DNA of 64,000 bases from NCBI GenBank assembly GCA_963678065.2, contig CAXXVZ010000004.1, forward strand, positions 448,001 through 512,000. The letters are read 5' to 3'. Shown here piece after piece: positions 63,924 through 64,000 of this stretch. The position numbers and the translations under genes are program-made. Positions within the stretch are counted from its first letter, which is position 1. The number at the start of each line of letters is the position of its first letter. Source of the DNA: Treponemataceae bacterium (GTDB lineage Bacteria > Spirochaetota > Spirochaetia > Treponematales > Rectinemataceae). The notes beneath the pieces are model-generated. The model made no database searches, was not told where the DNA came from, and was given only the letters and a program-made list of their open reading frames with translations.

Positions 63924-64000
63924 TTAGTCCAATTCCCCGATCTTCTGCATGAATTGCCTGACGGTTTCCGCGTCTACCGGATCGTTCATGTTGCCGCTCG
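63924..64000 (-). CDS. 3' end of a probable BtpA/SgcQ-family protein (truncated by window edge)
   Basis: Translates SGNMNDPVDAETVRQFMQKIGELD*, resembling the G...PVD...V..FM C-terminus of BtpA proteins. Confidence 0.5.
   Translation of the reverse strand, partial: SGNMNDPVDAETVRQFMQKIGELD

Noticed and set aside
1..64000. tRNA, rRNA or IS elements
   Set aside because: Intergenic gaps are short and explained; no cloverleaf, rRNA-like tract or transposase seen by eye (tRNAscan/Infernal not run)

Overview
GC-rich, gene-dense 64-kb bacterial chromosome segment with about 50 CDS. I saw no rRNA, tRNA, CRISPR array, transposase or integrase. Gene content suggests a free-living anaerobic diderm, tentatively a spirochaete (inference). 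In order, the window holds: ugpE-like permease; an operon of ABC ATPase, two FtsX/LolCE-like permeases, LolA-like protein, beta-barrel and OmpR/HK pair; a ubiD-ubiA-ubiX cluster (MqnL/MqnP type) with an SsuABC-like importer; an orphan 5TM-PAS kinase; LacI, GH1 and a nuclease-like gene; hrpB; a degenerate CCA-like HD protein; HD-GYP; pepP; XRE; an Afu/Fbp-type ABC importer whose permease carries an extra Cache-like domain; GH4, a sugar ABC importer, ROK and GH2 beta-mannosidase; hsp20 with a sigma54-like promoter; frdX-like ferredoxin with an HcpR-like box; M29 peptidase; a three-gene ODP/GT2/GH operon; a kinase-free LarA-homolog, Fe-ADH, split transketolase, epimerase operon under GntR; and a nucleoside/BMP cluster. 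Best candidate for an undescribed system is 45168-53444: an oxygen-binding di-iron (ODP) sensor fused to a dead GGDEF and a D-to-E pseudo-receiver, translationally coupled to a HEAT-repeat processive GT2 synthase with a Cys-rich insertion, followed by a fused periplasmic glycoside hydrolase. This suggests O2/iron-gated polysaccharide synthesis. All calls come from reading motifs by eye; no database searches were run. Starts were often moved from the ORF track to the codon supported by an RBS or stop/start overlap.
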